Shown: in pieces, positions 18,813 through 27,544 of the stretch
Numbering within the stretch: position 1 is the stretch's first letter
Layout of the letters: the number at the start of each line of letters is the position of its first letter
Source of the DNA: Raphidiopsis brookii D9
GTDB lineage: Bacteria; Cyanobacteriota; Cyanobacteriia; Cyanobacteriales; Nostocaceae
Direction: 5' to 3'
Length of the DNA: 32,000 nt
Assembly (NCBI GenBank): GCA_000175855.1
Contig: ACYB01000040.1
Span: 1-32,000, forward strand
Program-made: the position numbers and the translations under genes
The notes under the pieces: model-generated
Database searches by the model: none
What the model was told of the DNA's origin: nothing
What the model saw: the letters and a program-made list of their open reading frames with translations, nothing else

Positions 18813-19634
18813 ATGACTAGTGCTAATCAATTACTAAATCATCGGTATGGGAATGGCAATTTTAATTCGGATGTACCTTGGAATGATACTTTGGAGACCT
18901 TGCTATCCCATCGGTCAATTCGTGGGTATCTAGGAAATAGTTTGCCCTCGGGCACCTTAGAAATTTTAATTGCTGCAGCTCAATCAGCATCCACATCCTC
19001 TAATCTCCAAACCTGGAGCGTTATAGCAGTGGAAAATACGGACCGTAAACAACAATTGTCCCAACTGGCTAATAATCAACCCCACATTCGTCAGTGTCCT
19101 TTATTTCTAGTCTGGTTAGCGGATTTAGCTAGACTAGCACATATCGCTGAAGAGCGGGGACTACCCCATGAAGGATTGGACTATCTGGAAATGTTCCTTA
19201 TGGCTGCTCTGGATACCGCCTTGGCAGCACAAAATGCTGTTGTAGCAGCAGAATCCTTAGGATTAGGAACCGTTTACATTGGTGCATTAAGAAATAACCC
19301 TCTGGAAGTGGCACGTTTACTCAATTTGCCTTCCCATGTTGTGGCTGTATTTGGTTTGTGTGTTGGCTATGCTGATCCAGTTATAAATGTGGATATAAAA
19401 CCTCGTTTGCCTCAATCTGTGGTCTTACACAGAGAAAACTATCAACTACAAACCCAAAATGAAGGAATTGCTCGGTATAATCAAGTGATGGAAGAATTTT
19501 ATAGTTCACAAAATATGAATGTTCCGGGTGATTGGTCAGAACATTCTAGCAAAAGAGTTGCCAATGCCAATTCTTTAACCGGTAGACAAAACCTACGGGA
19601 AATTCTCACAAAACTTGGATTTCAACTGCGCTGA
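18813..19634 (+). CDS. nitroreductase-family (FMN/flavin reductase-like) oxidoreductase
   Basis: LETLLSHRSIRGYLGNSLPSGTLEILIAAAQSASTSSNLQTWSVIAV...AAESLGLGTVYIGALRNNPLEVARLLNLPSHVVAVFGLCVGY. ORF open from 18750, preferred ATG at 18813. Confidence 0.85.
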   Translation: MTSANQLLNHRYGNGNFNSDVPWNDTLETLLSHRSIRGYLGNSLPSGTLEILIAAAQSASTSSNLQTWSVIAVENTDRKQQLSQLANNQPHIRQCPLFLVWLADLARLAHIAEERGLPHEGLDYLEMFLMAALDTALAAQNAVVAAESLGLGTVYIGALRNNPLEVARLLNLPSHVVAVFGLCVGYADPVINVDIKPRLPQSVVLHRENYQLQTQNEGIARYNQVMEEFYSSQNMNVPGDWSEHSSKRVANANSLTGRQNLREILTKLGFQLR

Positions 19635-19663
19635 GAATGGTGACCCAATCCTCAACCATTTTT

Positions 19664-20617
19664 TCAATAGCCAGCATTTTTGTCTACCACGTTCTGTAAT
19701 GGCTTTCCCTCAAGATAGCGAGTAAGATTTTCCAGAAATAAATCAAATGTTCTTTGTTTAGTTTTGGGGGAATCCCCGGAATTATGGGGTGTAATTAGCA
19801 AATTGGGCAATTTCCATAAGGGGCTTTCCGGTGGTAAGGGTTCTGTTAATACAGTGTCTAAAGCCGCCCCAGCAATGCGGTTTTCCTCCAATGCTTGGAT
19901 TAGTGCTTGCTCATCTACAATTCCCCCTCTGGCAATATTAATCAAATAGGAATTAGTCCTAAACAATGCCAAGGTATTAGCATCAATCATGCCCTTAGTT
20001 TCTGGAGTTAATGGTGTGGCAATAACTACAAAATCTGCTTGAGGTAAAAGTTGTCTCCATTCATTAACTCCTACCACCTGATCAAAGTTTGGCAGTTGTT
20101 TGGGATGGCGAGAACTGCCAAAAACTTTCATGCCAAAAACCTTTGCTCGCACAGCTATTTCCTTTCCAATTCCACCCGCACCAATAATTAATAAGGTTTT
20201 TTCAGATAGCTCATTTAAGGGGACACCTCGTTGCCATTTATTTTCACTATGTAGCCGATAAAATTTTGCCAGTTGCTTGACATGAGCCAGAATATAGGTT
20301 ATCACAAACTCAGCTATGGGAATACCATGAATTCCTGCACCGTTAGTTAAAATTAAATCTCGCTCTAAATATTTTTGGGTGAGAATATGATTAACACCTG
20401 CATTGGGAGCGTGATGCCATCGCAGTGAAGGTGCAGCTTCTAAAACTCGATGTAAGGTTGTTGGCTTAAGGTAAAACCAGCTGAAGTAAACTTCTGCATC
20501 TGTTGCATCACCATCTAAATTACCATCACTGTCCACGCGGATAACTTTAATTTCAGTTTCCTTTGGTAAATGTGGTTCAATTTCTTCAGCAATTTCTACA
20601 GGTAATATTAGCTTCAC
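19664..20617 (-). CDS. D-2-hydroxyacid dehydrogenase (NAD-binding)
   Basis: LLIIGAGGIGKEIAVRAKVFGMKVFG Rossmann motif; NIARGGIVDEQAL; catalytic PHN. Confidence 0.9.
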   Translation of the reverse strand: MKLILPVEIAEEIEPHLPKETEIKVIRVDSDGNLDGDATDAEVYFSWFYLKPTTLHRVLEAAPSLRWHHAPNAGVNHILTQKYLERDLILTNGAGIHGIPIAEFVITYILAHVKQLAKFYRLHSENKWQRGVPLNELSEKTLLIIGAGGIGKEIAVRAKVFGMKVFGSSRHPKQLPNFDQVVGVNEWRQLLPQADFVVIATPLTPETKGMIDANTLALFRTNSYLINIARGGIVDEQALIQALEENRIAGAALDTVLTEPLPPESPLWKLPNLLITPHNSGDSPKTKQRTFDLFLENLTRYLEGKPLQNVVDKNAGY

Positions 20618-20678
20618 GACAAATTATTCCTAAATACTTGATAGTTAACAAAGTCTTAATGAGCCATATTTTAGTATC

Positions 20679-20999
20679 TTAATTTATTATTAGATACGTA
20701 GAGTCCTGGTTAGAAGTGTTCCTCTGCAACTCTGTCCAACCAATATTTTTTCTGTAACTGCCTAAAAGTGCTGCTTCTTCCAGAAATTTTTCATCTATTT
20801 GTGCCAAAGGATCCACCTCTGGTGCAACGTATAGTGCATCTACTGGACAGTATAACTCACACATGAAACAAGTTTGACAGTCATTTTGTCTAGCTATTAT
20901 TGGAGGTCCATTTACTACTTTATCAAACACATTGGTTGGACAAACTTTGACACAAATATTACATTTAATACACCTGGATTCACTGACTAGTTCAATCAT
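20679..20999 (-). CDS. AprB-like 2[4Fe-4S] ferredoxin
   Basis: CIKCNICVKVCP and CQTCFMCELYCPVDAL; adjacent to AprA-like gene. Confidence 0.88.
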   Translation of the reverse strand: MIELVSESRCIKCNICVKVCPTNVFDKVVNGPPIIARQNDCQTCFMCELYCPVDALYVAPEVDPLAQIDEKFLEEAALLGSYRKNIGWTELQRNTSNQDSTYLIIN

Positions 21000-21108
21000 G
21001 ATTTGTTAGTAGGTTTTGACAATAGATAGGATCATTAGTAGAATCATTATTTGAGGTGGAGCAGAAATAACTCCACCAGAAGCTTGCTTATACTGAATTC
21101 AAACCATA

Positions 21109-22743
21109 TTAGAGAGAAGTCTTATCCAGATGTGTCCTCATGGGTATGGTTATGCTTTTGACCCAAACTTGGTCCAAACCTCCACTAATTAAGTGGTGTT
21201 GTTGAGCTGCATCAAGTTCTGGATAGTCCTGGCGTCTGTGCATCCCACGGGTTTCTCTTCTTTCTAAAGCACTACTATACATCCATCTGGCAGTGGCCAC
21301 CATAGCCGCAGCTTCCCTTGTTCGTAGAAGATTATTGTTACTTGCTACTTCACCTTGACGAATTGCCTTCCATAGAGAATCTAATTTCCCCAGTGATGTG
21401 GTCAATCCCTCTTCATTACGGAAATAGTTGCGATTATATGGAAAGACCTCTGCTTGAGTAGCTTTGACAATTTCTTCACTTTCAACCTGATTGCTACTAC
21501 CGGATGTTAATCCGGCCCCCTCTAAAAATTCCACATATCTCTCGTTGGCTGCTATGCCCATATCCTGAGAGTATTTTGCAGCAAATTTCCCCGCCCAGTA
21601 TCCCGAAGACAATGCCCAGGCAGCATTATGACTACCACCACCAGTAAAACCACCACAAATTAATTCTCTTGTTGCAGCATCCCCAGCTGCATACAGTCCA
21701 GGGACAGAGGTAGCACAGGTGTAGTCTGTAATTCTAATGCCACCCGTTCCCCTTACGGTACCTTCCAAACGCAAAGTAACAGGAAACCTTTGGGTAAACG
21801 GATCAATTCCTAGGCGATCAAAAGGTAGAAAGAAGTTTGGTTGAGATAATCGCATTGTTGACCGCATTTGTTCTGAGGCCTTATCAATAATCGCATAAAC
21901 CGGTTGAGTTAATAGGGTTTGAGCAATGACAGAACGACCTTTCTGAGATCCAGCACCAGGTATGAGCGTGCCATCTTCGTAAGTAAAACTGGCCCAGTTA
22001 TAGAATAGAGTTTTGGTGACTGAAGAAAACGCGGGAGCAATGGCGTAGGCGTTGGAAAATTCCATCCCCGACATTTCCGCTCCCATCTCCGCTGCCATTA
22101 AGTATCCATCCCCAGTTAACACATTACAACCCAGAGCTTTACTTAAAAATGCACAACCACCCGTAGCAATTACTACTGCATGCGATCGCACAATCCAATT
22201 CTCTCCAGTTTGACGATTAATTCCCCTGGAACCAGCTACTGCGCCCTCTTTATCTACCAACAATTGCAAAGCAGGACTATGGTCTAAAATTTTCACTCCT
22301 GCTTGTTTAACTTTTTTTCTCATGAGACGCATATACTCAGGTCCTTGAAGACTGCGTCTGTAGGATTTACCTTCCTCATCTGTGGGAAAAGGATAGCCCC
22401 AATCAGCTAATTGGTTAACGTTTGTATAGGTCTGATCTAACACACGCTCCATCCAATCTCTTAAGGACAAAAATCCCCCCAGAGATTCTCTAGAAGCCAT
22501 TGCTGCTTCTCTGCTTTCAGGTTCCGGTGGCACATACCACACACCGTTACCAGCCGCTGCTGCACAACCACTAGTACCACAATAGCCTTTATCTACTAAC
22601 ACTACTTTAGCTCCGGCATTAGCAGCGCTCCATGCTGCCCAAGCGCCAGCTGGTCCACCACCAATTACTAATACATCAGCTACTAAAGTTTCGTGACTGT
22701 TCTTCTTGGAGGAAACCGAAAAAGAAAACTTTTCCTGAGTCAT
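21109..22743 (-). CDS. second fumarate reductase/AprA-like FAD flavoprotein
   Basis: VLVIGGGPAGAWAAWSAANAGAKVVLVDKGYCGTSGCAAAAGNGVW; VVIATGGCAFLSKALG; SVPGLYAAGDAATRELICGGFTGGG. Confidence 0.85.
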   Translation of the reverse strand: MTQEKFSFSVSSKKNSHETLVADVLVIGGGPAGAWAAWSAANAGAKVVLVDKGYCGTSGCAAAAGNGVWYVPPEPESREAAMASRESLGGFLSLRDWMERVLDQTYTNVNQLADWGYPFPTDEEGKSYRRSLQGPEYMRLMRKKVKQAGVKILDHSPALQLLVDKEGAVAGSRGINRQTGENWIVRSHAVVIATGGCAFLSKALGCNVLTGDGYLMAAEMGAEMSGMEFSNAYAIAPAFSSVTKTLFYNWASFTYEDGTLIPGAGSQKGRSVIAQTLLTQPVYAIIDKASEQMRSTMRLSQPNFFLPFDRLGIDPFTQRFPVTLRLEGTVRGTGGIRITDYTCATSVPGLYAAGDAATRELICGGFTGGGSHNAAWALSSGYWAGKFAAKYSQDMGIAANERYVEFLEGAGLTSGSSNQVESEEIVKATQAEVFPYNRNYFRNEEGLTTSLGKLDSLWKAIRQGEVASNNNLLRTREAAAMVATARWMYSSALERRETRGMHRRQDYPELDAAQQHHLISGGLDQVWVKSITIPMRTHLDKTSL

Positions 22744-22821
22744 GATTATTGTCTCCCAAATTGTAGTATGAACTGCGATAAAAATGTAGTAAAAACTATC
22801 AGCAAAAAACTTTGATCCTAA

Positions 22822-23865
22822 TTACGGTGCTGGATTAGGATAACGAGTATTAACAGCATCTATTTCTTGGAAAATCTCTGGTTCTAAGACTATATTCACA
22901 CTATCTATATCTTCTTGCAGTTGAGCCAAGGTCGTAGCCCCAATAATTGTGCTTTTTACAAACCAACGACTTCTCACAAAGGCAATAGATAATTGAGCAG
23001 GTTTGAGATTATATTTTTTCGCAATCTCGATATAGGAAATTACAGCTTCTTTCACATTGGGTTTCAAATAACGCTGCCCAAAACCCGGAAACAAGGATAT
23101 ACGAGTGTTTTTTACCTCTTCATTCTCTATGTATTTACCAGTTAAAAACCAAAATGCTAGGGGACTGTAAGCGAGCAGTCCCACATCAGTATGGCGAGCA
23201 ACTTCTGCTAAACCTGAATCAAAACTGCGATTAAGCAAATTGTAAGCATTTTGAATCGAAACAACTTTCGGAAGTTTCAATTCCTTAGCAATACGGACAA
23301 ACTCAGTTACCCCCCATGGGGTTTCATTACTTAAACCAAGATAACGAATCTTACCTGCGTCAATTAGCTTGGCAAAAGCAGTTAACTGCTCACTAATTGG
23401 CACGCTATCCCTTTCCAAATCGGGATTATATACTGTTTGTCCAAAGGTTGGAACATAACGTTCCGGCCAATGAATTTGATACAAATCTATATAGTCAGTT
23501 TGTAATCTTTTTAAACTTTCCTCAACTGCTTGTTGAATATTTTGCTGATCAACCTTATTATTTCCCCCTCGTAACCAGGTAAACGGACGACCAGGTCCGG
23601 CAATCTTTGTTGCTATTATCAGCTTATCTCTTTGCTGATTCTTTAGCCACTCACCAATATAGACTTCTGTTTTTCCCTGGGTTTCACCACGAGGGGGCAC
23701 TGGATACATTTCCGCAGTGTCTATAAAATTTATCCCCTTGTCAACAGCATAATCAAGTTGTTCATATGCTTCCGACCCGGTATTTTGATGACCATAGGTC
23801 ATGGTCCCTAGACAAATATCAGAAACGTAAAGATTACTTTCCCCAAGTTGATTGTATTTGACCAT
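22822..23865 (-). CDS. aldo/keto reductase (Tas-like)
   Basis: GESNLYVSDICLGTMTYG, DKGINFIDTAEMYPVPP, IIATKI, YIDLYQIHWPER, QNAYNLLNRSFD, LLAYSPLAFWFLTGKY. Confidence 0.9.
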   Translation of the reverse strand: MVKYNQLGESNLYVSDICLGTMTYGHQNTGSEAYEQLDYAVDKGINFIDTAEMYPVPPRGETQGKTEVYIGEWLKNQQRDKLIIATKIAGPGRPFTWLRGGNNKVDQQNIQQAVEESLKRLQTDYIDLYQIHWPERYVPTFGQTVYNPDLERDSVPISEQLTAFAKLIDAGKIRYLGLSNETPWGVTEFVRIAKELKLPKVVSIQNAYNLLNRSFDSGLAEVARHTDVGLLAYSPLAFWFLTGKYIENEEVKNTRISLFPGFGQRYLKPNVKEAVISYIEIAKKYNLKPAQLSIAFVRSRWFVKSTIIGATTLAQLQEDIDSVNIVLEPEIFQEIDAVNTRYPNPAP

Positions 23866-23969
23866 GTTACTAAATTATCCTCGTTACAAGAAAATAACTA
23901 AATTATCTGCAAATTCCACAAGCAGCTTTAAAATGCTTTTGTAGTTCATAACAAAAATCTAATAAACGA

Positions 23970-25190
23970 CTAATAAATAGCTGCCAAAACCCTATCCACT
24001 CCAGCGCGCAACGCTGTAGCAGCACCAGAACTCATATCTCGTGGCGCGCAAATACGATTTCTCAAATATGCTAGTGTAATGGCCCCTACAGCTGCAAAAT
24101 TTGGATCCACACCTTCTTTTCCACCCGCATTACCACCCAATAAAAGTTTGTTATCACCATTAACTAAATAATCTGCTAACAATCTCAGATAATATTCCAC
24201 GGACTCTCGAATACTGACAACATCACCCAAAAGCTCTAATCCAGAGTTCTTAACTATGTCTTTAATGGCAGCATCACGATTATTAGCCAGTCTTTCACTA
24301 GCTTCTGCTCTGTATTCTAGAAGCTCACTTTCTGCTAAATTCAAGGGTAAGGGACTACCAATAGGTTTTAACCCAAATCTCCGTCTTAAAAGCAAATTGT
24401 TAGTGATGGGATCGGACTTCACCCTGCTAAATGCGGGACGCTCTTTAAAAGCTGCAAACCAGGTATTAATTCTAGGGAAACGGGGATTTCCTAAAAGGGC
24501 ATAATCCCGATATACAGGCAAATTTGCTGCTAGTCTATCCAAATGGGGAATATACATGATATCAACCAAGCTAAAGGTTGACAAAAAATAAGGCCCCGGA
24601 TATTGACCTAAATCTTCCTCAAATTCATCTAATTTACTTTCCAATTCTAGTTCTAACTTTGCTAACTCATTTTTATCCTCCGGAGGTTGTCGCAGCAGCT
24701 TGTAGGCAACAGTTTGCAATTCATTGGTTTCTGCTTTTTCGACCCATTGTCTGGCTACTTGATTTTCCTGTGGATCCTCAGGAAGCAAAGTCTCATCAAA
24801 ATGCTCTTCTATAGCTAGAAGAATATCCTTGGATTCATAAACTAGTCTCCCCTCTATTTTGGCAGCAGGAACAAGAGTTGTGGGTACTAAATCTGTATAC
24901 CATTTCGGCTTATTAGTTAAATCAATAAACTCTGTGCTGAATGGTATCTGCTTTTCTTCCAAAGCTAACCAAACTCGCTCACAAAATGGACACCAAGAAT
25001 TACTGTCACGGTAAAGTAGAATCGGAGGTTGACCATCTGGTGGTAGTTTATTCCAACCAGCAGGAATGGGTGCACTTGAGGGATTCTGTCCCCATCTTTT
25101 TATTCGACGAGCAGAAGTGTACTTCTGCGCAGTTTCTAGCAGTTCCTCCCAATCGGGTATTGTAGAACTGGGTATTGTAACAGGGGACAT
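23970..25190 (-). CDS. glutathione S-transferase family protein (omega-like CPFC site) with long C-terminal extension
   Basis: RDSNSWCPFCERVWLALEEKQIPFSTEFIDL...LVPAAKIEGRLVYESKDILLAIEEHF; 406 aa, about 150 aa beyond the GST fold. Confidence 0.85.
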   Translation of the reverse strand: MSPVTIPSSTIPDWEELLETAQKYTSARRIKRWGQNPSSAPIPAGWNKLPPDGQPPILLYRDSNSWCPFCERVWLALEEKQIPFSTEFIDLTNKPKWYTDLVPTTLVPAAKIEGRLVYESKDILLAIEEHFDETLLPEDPQENQVARQWVEKAETNELQTVAYKLLRQPPEDKNELAKLELELESKLDEFEEDLGQYPGPYFLSTFSLVDIMYIPHLDRLAANLPVYRDYALLGNPRFPRINTWFAAFKERPAFSRVKSDPITNNLLLRRRFGLKPIGSPLPLNLAESELLEYRAEASERLANNRDAAIKDIVKNSGLELLGDVVSIRESVEYYLRLLADYLVNGDNKLLLGGNAGGKEGVDPNFAAVGAITLAYLRNRICAPRDMSSGAATALRAGVDRVLAAIY

Positions 25191-25304
25191 TTTTACCTCG
25201 CTTTTTCCGCAATTCCAGAAAATACAAATGGTTTGGATTATTAATCCCCGGTCAAAAATCCCTGGTTTTTAACCTGGGGAAGCTAAAATATTCGACCGTA
25301 TATT

Positions 25305-25340
25305 AAAAGTACTGTGAATTTATCGGATAACAGTACTTTT
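25305..25340. promoter_or_regulatory. 36-bp inverted repeat AAAAGTACTGT-N14-ACAGTACTTTT, candidate operator
   Basis: perfect 11-bp arms 25305-25315 / 25330-25340, about 115 bp upstream of the start at 25190(-). Confidence 0.5.
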
Positions 25341-25726
25341 CAAGATGAGGTAACCATACTACAGAAGTTTGGGATAAATCAAGTATTGGATATTACAAAA
25401 TTCCCATAACCTGATTTTTTTTGCAAGTAGCTTTGATAGAAACACTCTTTTGAGATTTGTTATAGCTTCTTAGCTATTAATTACATCCCATGTGGGTAAA
25501 TGGCGATCGCTTGATTATTCTTGATTATTTAGGTTCCTAAGAGGAAAAAACAGACCTTACCATGATTTGGGACCTACAAAGATAAAAAATCAATGTTGAC
25601 AAAAATACTTGCTTTTTTGCCTGGACTATGAAACAATCATCTAATATACGGTAAACCGACAGATAAACAGTACTTATTGATTACCAGGTAACGAAGTTTC
25701 AATCGCAAGAGTAAGGAAATAATTTG

Positions 25727-26398
25727 ATGACCAACCTAAAACTATATTTTGCCAAGGGATCCACCTTTTCTCAAAGGACCCGCGTTGTGTTACTGGAAAA
25801 AGGGGTTGAATTTACACCTATTGAAATTGATCTACAAAATAAACCGGAAATATTCACCCAAACTTCTGCATACGGCAAGGTTCCCGCTATTAAGCATGGA
25901 GACTTAGCAATATACGAATCAGCAATTATCAATGAGTATCTAGAAGAAGTATTCCCTCAGCCAGCCCTATTACCCAAAGATCCAGGAGCAAAAGCATGGG
26001 CCAGAATTTGGATTGATTACGCTAATACGCGGCTAGTTCCAGCCTTTAATAAGTTACTGCGTGGTAAAAATAATGAGGAACAAGAGCAAGGGCGTAGAGA
26101 ATTTTCAGAATCCTTACTGTATATTGAGAACAAAGGACTGGGACAAGTCTCCGGCAATGGACCCTACTGGCTAGGGGAAAATCTGAGTTTAGTGGATATT
26201 AGTTTCTATCCTTGGTTTGAAAGATTACCGGTTTTAGATAAATTCCGTAATTTTTCCCTTCCGGAAGAAACTCCCCGATTACAGGAGTGGTGGCAGAACT
26301 TGCGTCGTCGAGAATCAATTCAAAGTGTGGCTAATCCCACGGAATTTTATATAGATAGGTTTACTAGGCTGTTCGGATTAACAGGTCTATCAAAATGA
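25727..26398 (+). CDS. glutathione S-transferase family protein
   Basis: [74 protein letters not shown]; ATG at 25727. Confidence 0.88.
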   Translation: MTNLKLYFAKGSTFSQRTRVVLLEKGVEFTPIEIDLQNKPEIFTQTSAYGKVPAIKHGDLAIYESAIINEYLEEVFPQPALLPKDPGAKAWARIWIDYANTRLVPAFNKLLRGKNNEEQEQGRREFSESLLYIENKGLGQVSGNGPYWLGENLSLVDISFYPWFERLPVLDKFRNFSLPEETPRLQEWWQNLRRRESIQSVANPTEFYIDRFTRLFGLTGLSK

Positions 26399-26407
26399 AG
26401 AACTTGT

Positions 26408-27433
26408 ATGGCGCAATTTACCGACAATTTACTGCTCACACATGGAATTAGGCCGATAGTCACATTGACTATCTGGTTACTATGGTCACTGAGTAGTTGG
26501 CTATGGATAGATTTACCAGCTTTGGCAGTAAATAATCCTTGTCCGCAGGGCATGATACTAATTCCCGGAGGTACCTTGAAAATGGGGACAGACAATTCTG
26601 TTTTTGCAGAAGAGAGACCCTCTAAGAATGTGACAGTTGATTCCTTTTGTATGGATAAATACGAAGTAACAAATGCTGAATTTGCTAAATTTGTTACAGC
26701 TACCGGGTATATAACAGTTGCAGAATTACCCCTGTCCAAGGAACAATTTCCCGATCTAACTGAGCAACAAAGATCACCGGGATCTCTAGTGTTTAAAATG
26801 CCAAGACAGGGTGAAATTCCCTTTTTGAGTTGGTGGCATTGGCTTCCTGGGGCTAACTGGCAGCATCCCCTGGGCAATAAAAGCGAAATATTAGATAACT
26901 ATCCTGTTGTCCACATAGCATATCAAGATGCCCTGGTTTTTGCTGATTGGTTGGGCAAGTCCTTGCCAACGGAAGCTCAGTGGGAATACGCTGCACGGGG
27001 TGGTTTAGAGGATGCAACTTATACCTGGGGTAATAAATATTCAGAAATAAAAGCTAACACTTGGCAGGGGACATTTCCGTTTCTGAACACTAAAGTTGAT
27101 GGTTATGTAGGTCTGGCTCCAGTGGGTTCTTTCCCGGCTAACGGTTACGGATTGTATGATATGGCGGGTAATGTTTGGGAGTGGACTGTCGACTGGTTTA
27201 CTGTAGAAGATAAACACTCTGTTAATCAAGTCTCAGAACATGAAATCTCAAAAACAAGAAAAAGTTTTGATCCAAACAAACCTGGAGAAACTTTACTACA
27301 TGTTATCAAAGGTGGCTCTTACCTATGTGCGCCCAATTACTGTAGTCGTTACCGTCCAGCTGCGCGGGAATCTCAAGCACCAGATACAGGGACGAATCAC
27401 ATTGGGCTTCGCCTGGTAAAAAATTTGTATTAG
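26408..27433 (+). CDS. formylglycine-generating enzyme (sulfatase-modifying factor) with N-terminal export signal
   Basis: MILIPGGTLKMGTD...DSFCMDKYEVTNAEFAKFV...GLYDMAGNVWEWTVDWF...IKGGSYLCAPNYCSRYRPAARESQAPDTGTNHIGLR (both catalytic Cys present); N-terminal IVTLTIWLLWSLSSWLWIDLPALA. Confidence 0.92.
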   Translation: MAQFTDNLLLTHGIRPIVTLTIWLLWSLSSWLWIDLPALAVNNPCPQGMILIPGGTLKMGTDNSVFAEERPSKNVTVDSFCMDKYEVTNAEFAKFVTATGYITVAELPLSKEQFPDLTEQQRSPGSLVFKMPRQGEIPFLSWWHWLPGANWQHPLGNKSEILDNYPVVHIAYQDALVFADWLGKSLPTEAQWEYAARGGLEDATYTWGNKYSEIKANTWQGTFPFLNTKVDGYVGLAPVGSFPANGYGLYDMAGNVWEWTVDWFTVEDKHSVNQVSEHEISKTRKSFDPNKPGETLLHVIKGGSYLCAPNYCSRYRPAARESQAPDTGTNHIGLRLVKNLY

Positions 27434-27544
27434 TTCCCGAAATTGCCTATGGGAATTTTTGCCTCATTTTTCATACACGAGTTTATATACAATTTCATAG
27501 ATAAGTTCATACACAAATTCAAAGCTTTATAATTAGGCAAGTCT

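Noticed and set aside
24256-25272. four small plus-strand ORFs opposite the long GST
   Set aside because: All antisense to the conserved GST frame; likely spurious.
1891-25510. ten GCGATCGC palindromes (1891, 5301, 6353, 9143, 9603, 10705, 11249, 18378, 22182, 25503)
   Set aside because: These are HIP1 elements, common across cyanobacterial genomes; used only as a taxonomic hint, not as a novel repeat system.
25596-25601. TTGACA as a canonical -35 box upstream of the GST/FGE/sulfatase operon
   Set aside because: No TATAAT-like -10 hexamer at 16-18 bp spacing, so a sigma-70 promoter is not supported from sequence alone.
26347-26877. 176-aa minus-strand ORF opposite the FGE gene
   Set aside because: Antisense shadow of a clearly conserved FGE coding sequence; no recognisable motif.
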